A stretch of DNA of 64,000 nt from positions 449-64,448 of the IMG/VR virus record IMGVR_UViG_3300001533_000890. The stretch is one strand, 5' to 3'. Both the position numbers and the translations under genes were made by a program. Under the pieces are notes generated by a model. It worked only from the letters and a program-made list of their open reading frames with translations, did not search any database and had not been told where the DNA came from. This document shows, piece by piece, positions 27,706-37,500 of the stretch. Source of the stretch: a virus (Duplodnaviria > Heunggongvirae > Uroviricota > Caudoviricetes). Each line of letters starts with the position of its first letter. Position 1 is the stretch's first letter.

Positions 27706-30644
27706 TGAAAGAACTTTCAGCAGCTTTGCGAGAAAAACTTCAACAAAAGAACGGTCTTGAACCTGTCATTTTAGTTGAGGTTCAGTGGACCGACGACGGG
27801 CAGCGTTTCTTGTACTCAGACCGTATGTTTGGGGATGCGCTTCCTCAAGTTTTAAGCGTTGATGGGCTAGATCTATCTGTTCAGCTCGATAACGCTGGAG
27901 ACTCCCAACAGGTTTCAATCGTGCTAGATGATGTTGACGGAGCTATTAAGGATTTACTCGACAAGCACGATGTTCATCAACGCCCAATCTGGGTATATCA
28001 AAGTTTTCAGGGCCTTACAACGGCACACCGAATTCCTTTGTTTCGGGGCCAAATTGTAAGTCCGTTAGAATGGGACGAGGGCAGCCGTAGTATTTCGTTC
28101 TCAGCGCTAACCCGGTTAGAAGCAATTGAAGTTGCGTTCTCAATGGAGGAGGGTGACTTTCCAGTGGTTCCGGAAGATGCGCGGGGTGTAACGTGGCCTT
28201 TGGTATTTGGTGAAGTTTGTCACATGCCAACCGTAGAAGTACGGTCACCGATTAAAGGCGTCCTAGAACGTGGTGAAGGCATACATGACTTCACGCTGCC
28301 CAACCGAATAACCCAGGCGCAGTATGTGACCTGCCCCGATATTTCTATCGGCCACAAACTTGTCACTGGCGGGGTTGCAGGTACAGGTAGCCAATTTGCT
28401 AATTTTGTCGAAACGTATGTACCAGACAAGCAGTGTGTGTATGATCGATGGGTTGCAATATGCGAGTTGAGCTATCTTTATGAACAACAACTGTCGTTAG
28501 AAAATGATATTTTGCCAATACGAGGCGGTTCACGTTTTCCGCAAGGCCGTGAAGTAACAATAAATATTAATGGCGCGTACTTTACTGGCAGTTTTAGCGG
28601 TGATGATTTTCATGTTACCAGTCGTAAGCATCCAAAACGGGATGATATTGAACTGATTGAACCCCAAAAACCTCGTACACAAGCAATCCGACCCGTGGCG
28701 TCAAAACAACATGAAGGTTGGACACGCTTCAAGGACCTAACATGGCGGGTCCGGGCAGACGAAGATTGTGACGCGGACCCGGTGACGCGAAATCAACTTA
28801 CAGGCGGGGCCGAAGAGGCCAGGCAACTTTATCACGATATGCCCAAGGCTTCTTTTGTGTGGCTACCCGCTGGGTCAGACGTGTATCTCGAAGAAGAATC
28901 TGAAATTCTGCACGTCATCAGCCTTCTTCCCGGGGTGGTAAATCAAGTTGCAGCATACCGTAAGATGCCTAGTGGGCCCTCTTTACTAATGGAGGTTCCG
29001 TCAGAGTATTACACCGTGCATGAAACGGACTATGGGAGTTATGAGGTACTTGAGTTACATCTAACGAAGAAACTCAGTCAGTTTGACGAAACTTGGGAGG
29101 ATGGGCTCTATGTTTCAGTCACATCAAGTATTGGCCCCAACCCTGTTGACGTCATTGAATGGCTTGTCGGCAAATATACATCACTCACAATTGATTCAGC
29201 ATCATTTAGCCACGTGCGAACTCGCATGGAAAATTATCCAGTAAATTTCTGGGTAGATCAACGTAAGGGCGTTCTTGAATTAATCCAAGAGATTGTTTAT
29301 CAGATCCGATGCGCCAGTTATATCCGGGACAATATACTGTACCTCCGGTACCTGTCGGAAGAACCCACAAGTGTGCGAACCTTGACCAGCGCAGACATTT
29401 TAACACAGACCCTAAGAATTACACATACGCCTACCGAGGATCTTGAAACCAAGCATGCGATAACTTGGGCACCCGCAGGAGTGGCAACTGAAAGAGGGGC
29501 ACCTGTTGAACGTTCATTGATCCTTAAGTACAATGTTGCTAAGTATGGAACGCGCACAGCTTCCAAGAAATACTACACCCAAAACACCTTTGAAACAATT
29601 CTTAAATCAGCAACTTTCTGGCTTATTAGAAACTCGCAAACTTGGAAACTGTTAGAATTTGAAACAACTATCGCCCACCTGGACTTAGATCTTTTTGACT
29701 GTGTGACAGTGGATATTCCCCAGCTTGCCGGTGTTCCGATTAAGTGTGTAATAACTAAGGCCCAGGTTAATATGGAAAATAACAGCATCCAATTTGAAGC
29801 ATGGACACCACTGCTGGCCGGTACTACTGAAAGTTATCAATGGGCCTGGCCTGCGGATCAAAGTCCTGAGCTATGCTGGCCGCTGCCCGGGGACGAAAAA
29901 TATGCTGACCCCAATCCAGGTGTAAAAGTAACGCCACCATTAGGTCACGTGCTTTCAGGCGGCGGACCATTAACTGGTGCAGTTGTTTCAAGTGGAGATC
30001 CCCATCCATCAGACCTTGACGACGAGTTTCCAGAACTGCTCTGTGAGACATCTGACTTCGAGCATGTCCATGAATCTGAGCCACGATTTAAAGAACTAAA
30101 CGCCGCTGATCGAAGATTTGAACAACCTGCGCGGCTACCTGACCCGCGCATAAATGTTGAATGGCCCGAAGACGAAGAGCCGGAACCTAACGAAGAGCCC
30201 GAGGAACCAGAAGAAGAAGAAGAGGATGAAGACCGAGATGGCGCAGGATGCACCTACGAAGTTAGAGTGATGTATATTAATCCAACCAGCGTAACCAGCG
30301 GAGGCGTTTCAAAGGATGGCTGTAAAGGAGGTCCGTGCTGGTGTGGTGCTCCGGGAAAAGTTTGCACCGGCCCAACATTCTGGAAGACGCATATTTTCAG
30401 CTCAAGATACGCGGCCTCCATGTTTATTCAAGATATTAGGAATATTATTGAGGCCGCGCAGCACCCCAACGCATGTCCCCATGAATGCGGGATTGAGTAT
30501 CCCTATAGTCTTCCATGGGGGGATCCTATTAGAGTAGTTCCAGACCCTGAAAATCCCGATCAAGAATGTGAGTGGTCAGGCGAAGGAGACCCGGATCATC
30601 CGATGGCAGACATGGGTGAAACTTTTAGTCCAATTGTGGAGTAG
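27705..30644 (+). CDS. large tail tip or central fibre protein with acidic linker and Cys-rich C-terminus
   Basis: 979 aa, largest tail gene after the tape measure. EDEEPEPNEEPEEPEEEEEDEDRD stretch. C-terminal Cys cluster CKGGPCWCGAPGKVCTGP. Confidence 0.5.
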   Translation: MKELSAALREKLQQKNGLEPVILVEVQWTDDGQRFLYSDRMFGDALPQVLSVDGLDLSVQLDNAGDSQQVSIVLDDVDGAIKDLLDKHDVHQRPIWVYQSFQGLTTAHRIPLFRGQIVSPLEWDEGSRSISFSALTRLEAIEVAFSMEEGDFPVVPEDARGVTWPLVFGEVCHMPTVEVRSPIKGVLERGEGIHDFTLPNRITQAQYVTCPDISIGHKLVTGGVAGTGSQFANFVETYVPDKQCVYDRWVAICELSYLYEQQLSLENDILPIRGGSRFPQGREVTININGAYFTGSFSGDDFHVTSRKHPKRDDIELIEPQKPRTQAIRPVASKQHEGWTRFKDLTWRVRADEDCDADPVTRNQLTGGAEEARQLYHDMPKASFVWLPAGSDVYLEEESEILHVISLLPGVVNQVAAYRKMPSGPSLLMEVPSEYYTVHETDYGSYEVLELHLTKKLSQFDETWEDGLYVSVTSSIGPNPVDVIEWLVGKYTSLTIDSASFSHVRTRMENYPVNFWVDQRKGVLELIQEIVYQIRCASYIRDNILYLRYLSEEPTSVRTLTSADILTQTLRITHTPTEDLETKHAITWAPAGVATERGAPVERSLILKYNVAKYGTRTASKKYYTQNTFETILKSATFWLIRNSQTWKLLEFETTIAHLDLDLFDCVTVDIPQLAGVPIKCVITKAQVNMENNSIQFEAWTPLLAGTTESYQWAWPADQSPELCWPLPGDEKYADPNPGVKVTPPLGHVLSGGGPLTGAVVSSGDPHPSDLDDEFPELLCETSDFEHVHESEPRFKELNAADRRFEQPARLPDPRINVEWPEDEEPEPNEEPEEPEEEEEDEDRDGAGCTYEVRVMYINPTSVTSGGVSKDGCKGGPCWCGAPGKVCTGPTFWKTHIFSSRYAASMFIQDIRNIIEAAQHPNACPHECGIEYPYSLPWGDPIRVVPDPENPDQECEWSGEGDPDHPMADMGETFSPIVE

Positions 30645-30648
30645 TCCA

Positions 30649-31011
30649 ATGTTAGAAAAACGCTGTCGATACCAGTCAACTATGTTCGACCTCGGAAACT
30701 CAATCTATGTATCCTCGTGCTGCTGTACGGAAAGTCCGCGACGTTTTCAAGTTATCAGTTCCTTCCTCTGTGATAATTGCCCCCATAAGGTAGAACCTAC
30801 CCCAGAGGATATAGAAGAACACAATAGCATGTTTCCGGGTGCCGATGAGCAGCGAAGCGGCGAGGAACAGGAGACTTTGCTTGCTACTTATTGCTTTAAA
30901 TGTCGCTTCTTGGATAAGGACTATCATTTCTGTTCGGCTCGAAAAAGCAAGTTGCCAATAGAAGAGTATGTTGCCATGGCTGCCTGTCACTGTCCGTTTG
31001 ACCTCTGGTAA
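30649..31011 (+). CDS. Cys-rich protein ending in CHCPFDLW
   Basis: 120 aa, 12 Cys, candidate metal-binding protein. Confidence 0.45.
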   Translation: MLEKRCRYQSTMFDLGNSIYVSSCCCTESPRRFQVISSFLCDNCPHKVEPTPEDIEEHNSMFPGADEQRSGEEQETLLATYCFKCRFLDKDYHFCSARKSKLPIEEYVAMAACHCPFDLW

Positions 31012-31015
31012 TAAA

Positions 31016-31720
31016 ATGCGCTGCCAAAAACTAAGAACAATTGTCCGAACTGCCCGTGACGGTGCCAAGACCCACTTGTTACAGTGCGCAAACCAACAAG
31101 CAAAGACCTACGGCAAGGAAGTGCCCCAATCAACGTGCGATGGCTGCGTATTACATTGCCCATTCTCCAAAGCGGCCGGGTGCCACGGCAAGAAGTTGAA
31201 GACCCAGCCAGTTAAGGACGGGTCGGAGATAGTGTATCCAGTTGCCGTTGATGTTCAATTAGAAGGTTACACAAAACTCGATGATTACACCTACCAATCT
31301 GACTGGGGGGAGTGCCCCGCTAGAGCCTTCTACAATGAAGTAAGCCACGGTGGGGACTTGATTATCCGGGCTTATTGTGCCGTGACGAATAAAGTCACGT
31401 CATTTAAGAAGTGTCAAGCTTGCAAGGAAGGTGTACCACCGGCAGCGGCCCCCTCAAAAGAAGCACTAAATGCACCATCTCTCGCCGCAAGAGCGTGGTC
31501 GTACACAAAAGCCATGGGACGCTGGCTAAAAAGTGGAGGTCGCGTTCGGTCAAAAGTAGCAGTAGATGAAATTTACAACAACCATTGCAAACACTGTGAT
31601 TGGTTTGACAGTAAGGAACAAGCCTGCCGAGGTTGCGGATGTGTAGTTAGTACCAACAGTATGGCTATTTTCAACAAGATAAAAATGGCCACCGAACACT
31701 GTCCTAAGAATCTTTGGTAG
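31016..31720 (+). CDS. Cys-rich protein ending in EHCPKNLW (paralog of 30649-31011)
   Basis: 234 aa, many CxxC pairs, shared C-terminal HCPxxLW motif. Confidence 0.45.
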   Translation: MRCQKLRTIVRTARDGAKTHLLQCANQQAKTYGKEVPQSTCDGCVLHCPFSKAAGCHGKKLKTQPVKDGSEIVYPVAVDVQLEGYTKLDDYTYQSDWGECPARAFYNEVSHGGDLIIRAYCAVTNKVTSFKKCQACKEGVPPAAAPSKEALNAPSLAARAWSYTKAMGRWLKSGGRVRSKVAVDEIYNNHCKHCDWFDSKEQACRGCGCVVSTNSMAIFNKIKMATEHCPKNLW

Positions 31721-31729
31721 GAGACCCCA

Positions 31730-32284
31730 ATGGGTTTTGACTGGATTAATGATCTGATTCAAGCGCTGTTTAGTTTCATTCCAAGGCCGCTTATTATCCG
31801 GGCCACCCACGGCGGTGTTAAATGGCGTTGGGGCAGTCATGTCATTGAACTAAAGCCAGGCGTAACAATTTGGTGGCCCTTAACAACCGAAGTTTGTACG
31901 CTTGTTACCGCGAGGCAAACTTACAACTCTCCTACTCAAGCTCTTATGACAAAGGATAAGCGGGAGGTCGTCGCTGGCGGCGTCATTGTGTATAGCATCA
32001 AAGACGTTTTACAGGCCATTGGCAAGCGAAATTGGGACGTTGATACAACTGTCAACGACATGACCCAAGCCGCGATAGTCGAGGTAGTTACTAAACACAC
32101 ACTCGACGACCTTCTCGCTAATTTATGTGGGGACATTGCTACGAGTTTGACGCGAACATGTCGAAAAGAGCTTCGACAATTTGGCGTGTATGTTCACCGG
32201 GCGGCGGTGACAGATTTTTCTACTTGCCGAGCGTACAACATGATGGGGTCAACGTCATACGCCCCCGTTGACGAGGAGGAATAG
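31730..32284 (+). CDS. hypothetical protein
   Basis: 184-aa ORF at the end of the + strand block. Confidence 0.4.
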   Translation: MGFDWINDLIQALFSFIPRPLIIRATHGGVKWRWGSHVIELKPGVTIWWPLTTEVCTLVTARQTYNSPTQALMTKDKREVVAGGVIVYSIKDVLQAIGKRNWDVDTTVNDMTQAAIVEVVTKHTLDDLLANLCGDIATSLTRTCRKELRQFGVYVHRAAVTDFSTCRAYNMMGSTSYAPVDEEE

Positions 32285-32425
32285 TATGGGCTGCTGCATT
32301 AGTCGACGAGTACACCATAAAAAGACCGCGAAGCCTTCGGGCCCGCCGCTAAAGTGTCGCACGCAACAATCTATGCAACCCCGGGCGGGGCGACGACGTG
32401 ATAGACGTGCCCAAGGGCACCTACG

Positions 32426-33043
32426 CTAGCGGCCGAATGATGTAAGTAAGGCTTTATAGAGCTTTGCCTCGGCAAGAGCGTCCGCCAACGCATCATGCGC
32501 CTGTCCAATCTCAATCCCAAATTTCTTGCACATAGCGCCAAGCCCTACATAGTTGAAAGGGATCGGGAGGCCGTGGAACGCGGCGGCATCATTAATGCTG
32601 ATAGCCAACAGCATGGAGTCCCGTGGATGTGGGTGAAAGAATTGTCCGAGTGATTCTAACCCAAGCCAATGTGCAAGAAAACCACGTTCAAATGCCCAGT
32701 TGTGTGCCAAAGGAACAAGCTGCCGACTAAAGGGCAGGGATAGCCGGGTGAACCATTCGTCAAAGAGATCGGCCGCTTTCCAACTATCCGGACACTCTGC
32801 TTGTAGCGTTTCAAGGTCTAGCCCGTGGATACTTTGTGCGTTTTTCTCTGCCCGATGTGGGAAAGATGGCGCAATGTTCATGTAAAAAGGCTGAACATTA
32901 GGTAAAGGTGTAAGTTCGCTGGATAAGGGAACCACGGCAATTTGAATAATCTCGTGGTATCCTGATAGCCGACCCGTTGTCTCTACATCTACTGCCACTA
33001 GCATGTTACCATTTAGAGTGACGAGTCCGTTGGGAGGTGTCAT
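32426..33043 (-). CDS. DnaQ-like DEDDh 3'-5' exonuclease
   Basis: Exo I VAVDVETTG, Exo II HNWAFERGF and Exo III HDALADALAEAKLY motifs. Confidence 0.7.
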   Translation of the reverse strand: MTPPNGLVTLNGNMLVAVDVETTGRLSGYHEIIQIAVVPLSSELTPLPNVQPFYMNIAPSFPHRAEKNAQSIHGLDLETLQAECPDSWKAADLFDEWFTRLSLPFSRQLVPLAHNWAFERGFLAHWLGLESLGQFFHPHPRDSMLLAISINDAAAFHGLPIPFNYVGLGAMCKKFGIEIGQAHDALADALAEAKLYKALLTSFGR

Positions 33044-33285
33044 GTTTGCTCCTTGTTAGCTTGAAGGTCACCACGCAAGCATGAATGTAGCCACCCTTCT
33101 GTTGCTGGGTCGGCAACATCAATGCCGCGTTTAATTAGCCAGGCCGTAAAGGCATCAATGAGCTTATCATTAGGATAATTACCCCCAATTATAATTGGAC
33201 TTGGCGTATCTGAAAGATCAGAAATTAGGTCACAAAGTGCTGCCGCGATAAAACGGCGCACGCCCTCTTTAGCTTGCGCCGACAT
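33040..33285 (-). CDS. hypothetical small protein
   Basis: 81-aa ORF with ATGA overlap. Confidence 0.35.
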   Translation of the reverse strand: MSAQAKEGVRRFIAAALCDLISDLSDTPSPIIIGGNYPNDKLIDAFTAWLIKRGIDVADPATEGWLHSCLRGDLQANKEQT

Positions 33286-33764
33286 TAACTGGCCTCCTTT
33301 GTATCTTGCGAACCATTAATTTTCGCTCGAACGGCAGGGTTTCGGTCAAGATAAGCCTCCACGTCAAAGGGCTTATTAAACTCGCCTAGAAAATCCGAAA
33401 AGCCCGTGTAGTCAGCGGGGCGGTCATCACCTTCTTTGTAAGTTACGACATAATGTCGTAGCATTAGTAAATTGCAGATAGCATGGTCAAGATGGTGTTC
33501 TCCTGACTCCTGGTCAATGTCTTCTCCGAGGAACCACCACTTAATAAAGTGACGAACGGCACAGTCCATTGGAACGGACCACGGCATCCCTTTGGCCCAA
33601 TTAAACTGCGCGTACTTCAAAAGACCGCCCATGAAAACGCGAGCCACGCCCGCTAGCAGGTGGAGCGGTACCTGAGTAAAGGAAACTTTGCCAGCGTTGG
33701 CGCGGGCACCTGAGCCTTTCTCAGTGCTGTTAACATTTCCGACGGCGTACGTAAGTTTATCCAC
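33285..33764 (-). CDS. hypothetical protein, possibly an all-alpha NTP-pyrophosphohydrolase-like fold
   Basis: 159 aa. The acidic cluster GEDIDQESGEHHLDHAICNLLML resembles MazG-like metal-binding helices. This is a weak call. Confidence 0.3.
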   Translation of the reverse strand: MDKLTYAVGNVNSTEKGSGARANAGKVSFTQVPLHLLAGVARVFMGGLLKYAQFNWAKGMPWSVPMDCAVRHFIKWWFLGEDIDQESGEHHLDHAICNLLMLRHYVVTYKEGDDRPADYTGFSDFLGEFNKPFDVEAYLDRNPAVRAKINGSQDTKEAS

Positions 33765-33774
33765 GTTACAACTC

Positions 33775-34392
33775 CTAGTTTAGTACAGGAAGCGAGGTAG
33801 GGGCGAAGTCAAGAAGCAACGACTTAAATATTGGAGTCTCCCGGCGTAATTGTTTCATGTCGAAAGAGTCCCCTGTTGTTACCGGACACACTGTCCGCTG
33901 GATACCAACTGGTTCCGCAGCGGGGGAGGGGGCAGTATGGATAAAGTGTAAAGTGTTAGCAGTGACGCGGGCCGGAGCATCAGGGGCGTAAATAGTTAAG
34001 AACGGGGACTCAACCAATAGTCGAAGCTTTGACCGCGCCAAAGCGGACTCCTGGGAAAAGTCTGTATTCTCAATTAAGCCAAGTGTAGCATTATAGAGCT
34101 GTGCATTGTATCCTGTAGCAGGTTTAAGAAGCGGATCAATTCGCGCCACGGCATGTGTAAGCAATTGAGCAGCACGGCTGAAAACAGTGCGAGTTGCTTC
34201 ACAGTTTCCATGGAACAAAAGGTAAGGGGCTGGGCGGTTAGCTACTAGACAGCTAAGCCAGGCTGCCAAATAGTTCGACCCTAGATAAATACCCGACAAA
34301 GCGCAGGCGGAAGAGTTAGCTACCTTTATATCAAGGGGCTTACCTATGGCCCTTAATAAATGGCCCCATTCAGGACTCATTGTGCATGTCAT
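33775..34392 (-). CDS. degenerate paralog of the C-terminal SF3 helicase region of the primase-helicase (Walker A lost)
   Basis: NYLAAWLSCLVANRPAPYLLFHGNCEATRTVF aligns to DYLTAWISCLLREPFEPLPYLFMYGPQNSGKSIF in 34560-38279. LHFIHTA aligns to LHFVQTA. Confidence 0.45.
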   Translation of the reverse strand: MTCTMSPEWGHLLRAIGKPLDIKVANSSACALSGIYLGSNYLAAWLSCLVANRPAPYLLFHGNCEATRTVFSRAAQLLTHAVARIDPLLKPATGYNAQLYNATLGLIENTDFSQESALARSKLRLLVESPFLTIYAPDAPARVTANTLHFIHTAPSPAAEPVGIQRTVCPVTTGDSFDMKQLRRETPIFKSLLLDFAPTSLPVLN

Positions 34393-34559
34393 TTTCTAAA
34401 TCCTCAATATGGTAAAAGTCTCCCCCGTACTCGTCAACAATATCGTCAAGGTTGTCGGGAATTTCGTCAACTTCTAAACAAGTCAATGTTCGAGCTTGAA
34501 CAATTGAGCTTGCATAGCTGACACTTTGACAGATAGTTATTCGGTACATGGTGTTGCCT

Positions 34560-37500
34560 TTAGGTTGCCTTTAGGTTAATACAGCGGCCTTGGATACCGT
34601 AAGCAGGGGTATTTTCAGGCACCGTGATGTCCGTAAAACTCAAGTTACCGATGTATGTTCGGCCATGGTTAGACAAGCCAATGGGGTACTGCTCTGGCAT
34701 TGATTGTCGTAGGCGACGTTTGCTCCAATTTGCCTGCTCGAAAGCTGTTAGCGTTTCAAAGAACTTTTCGCTAAACTCTTTAAGAGTCACTTTCTCCCCG
34801 GGAACATAGTAACAATTCTCGGCCAGGAATTCTTCAAGAGGGTCCCGGTTTGCATCGGCGGCTTGGGCCTTACCTTCGGTGTCAATAATTGGCAGTCGAA
34901 GTCGGGAACCAGAAGATGGAAGTGAGAGGTCCATTAGCGTTGCCATGAAATGCGGCGCTTCTTCTTCAAGGGACCGCATCAATGCAGGCTTGGGGATTTC
35001 CTGAATCAAAGGGCTTACATACGTTGCTGTAATTCGCGTATCCCCTGGAAAGATTGGACAGTTATCCCTGCTGTTGGCAGTCTGGACAAAGTGTAAGCAG
35101 TTGCGCTGCTGGTAGACCTGCTGAAACTTCGCATGGATGCTAATGAACTGGGAGGTGGTCCATTCTTTGATCTTATTGTACACGCTAGCGCCGGCATGCG
35201 CAATATTGACTTCATCGACAACGCCGAGAACCGCGTTTGCAAGCTCCCCGTTAAAGTCGCCCGGGCTAGTAAGAGCCCGGTCTGCTTTGACAACGCCGCC
35301 CGTCACCAGCAAACTAATGGCTTCGTGAAAGATTGATTTGCCCGAGTTCTGCGGACCATACATAAACAGGTATGGAAGTGGTTCAAACGGCTCCCGCAGG
35401 AGGCATGAAATCCACGCGGTAAGATAATCTTTTCCGTTGAAAATGCCCCAGTCGCGGCACCACGAAGCATTCTGGACTCCGGGGGTTATATGCTCACCGC
35501 AGTGGGTAAGAATCATATCCCAGTGGGGGTGACGCGGCACTTCATCAGACTCAAGCTGGGCGGGCTGATGGACAAGTTGGGGTGCTCCGAGGTTCCATTG
35601 TCTACCCCCTGGGTATTCAGGGTGGAAAGGCTTGCAGACAAGTAACCACTGGTTAATAATAGCACGACCGAGAATCTGCGTCATAGCCAGCCCGGGCGGG
35701 GCCACAAGTGACAAGACACTGGCGACATTTTCTCGTGGGTGCTTAATCCACCCACCCTTTTTAACATTGACGCGCCAGCCCGCATCTGCCGCGCCCGGGG
35801 TGCGGCAAGAACGAACCAACGTATCATAGCGTGTGGCGTCATCTTCTTCGGAGTTTGTCTCTACGACAATGTTGAAGATTTTTACCCACTTGTTCTTCTT
35901 GCTCCCATTCCAGCCATCGAAACCGGTGTCGTTATCTCGTCGCGCCAGCTCAACGACCAAACGGCCGTCGGTGTTTTTTCGCAATCTTACAGCGCGGTCA
36001 GTGTACGTGTTGCCTTCCGGAAGAATGAGCTTTGAACCCAATGCTTCTACCGCAGCCTGTGCTTGGTCAGTTGACTTGAAGTGAAAACCCTTGCTGTTCT
36101 CAAGCTCAGCTCCATTAAAGGCCATGGCGGCACTTTGCAGGTCGGGGCGTTTATTGTATGCAATATGGGTCCAACCTTGACGGTCTTGCTGCCACAAGTC
36201 ATGCTCAACAGTTCCCTGCCCGAAACGAAATGCTAACCATGCTCCATCTGACTTCGGGATGAGAAAACAATTACCTGTCAGAATAAAATCTTCCAAGCAG
36301 AAACAACCCGTACCCGGCACAGTGCAGCAAAATACTTCTTCAACACCCGCTGGTTGAACGCTAACAACTCGCCAAAGTGATTGAGTTTTTCGGTTGCTTT
36401 TAGCTGCCTTAAATCGGTTTCGGTGTTTCTTAAGAAGGAAGAAGTCCTCTTTCAAAGAGGCTCGTTTTATAGTAGTCGTAAATACAGGGGTTTCAGGATT
36501 ATAGCCACTTGTATGGTGCCGCCACGTGACTTGGGTTGTTTCAATGCCTAGAATATGCGCAACATTCCGAAAATGTTCAATTGCTTCCTTATTTGTTGAC
36601 CGAATAACACAGACTCCTTCCTTGGAGACACAGCCATCGGCGGCGAAGTAACCAGCCAACCAGCCATACAGGTATGGCTTGTCGTAACTAAGGGGTACCA
36701 ATGACTTAAAATGATAAGGTAAATTAGTTACGCACACCCCGCCAATAGAATTAGTGATGGGTTGTTGAGGGTGCTCGGCAAAGAACTTCAACAACTCGGC
36801 GTCCTTTTTCCCGAATAAAGGAAGCTCTGATGTTCTGCGGTCTCCTCCATTCGACCCGTCACCCCACACCAGGCCATGTTGAATTCCGACCACACTGGGA
36901 CGGATCTTACCCCGTCGGGCAGGGGTTTGAACAAGTATATCATTAGGCTGCAAAGCCGTAGTAACCTTCTCTACTCTTTGGCCAAAATTCACTTTTGTTT
37001 TACGGTATCCCCACTTTTGGCGGCACACAAACCATCGGTGGTCACCAGTAGCTCGGAAAGTCTTAGTATGCCCGCGCCTATTTTTCAGCGTGATGGCGTA
37101 AGTCTTCTGTGGTCCGTATGACTTAAATGGGGCCTTCGTCCAAGCGCCTCGGCTTGTAACCACTTCGACTACTTTGCCAGCTAGCTCTGAGATAGGTTTA
37201 ACGCCTTCACGGGTGATGACCGGTGTGTCACCCGCAAGACAATTGGGTTGTCCAAGATCGTTGCCAGGCGACAATGTTTCAAAGAAACCCCGCATAGGTT
37301 GGCCGTGAGTTTTCCACTGGTCGTGGACCATCTTCAAGGCCCGGGTGTGCGTTTGCAGAAGGTGGTGATCTGGAATCCAAACGCAACTGGCACCAGTCAG
37401 CTCAAGGTCTGATATGATACGGCGATGGGTCTCGTCAAGGGGTACCTTTGGGTGGGCAGTGGTTAGCTCTGAAAGAGGGTCTTGTGCGTCAACTTCTTCC

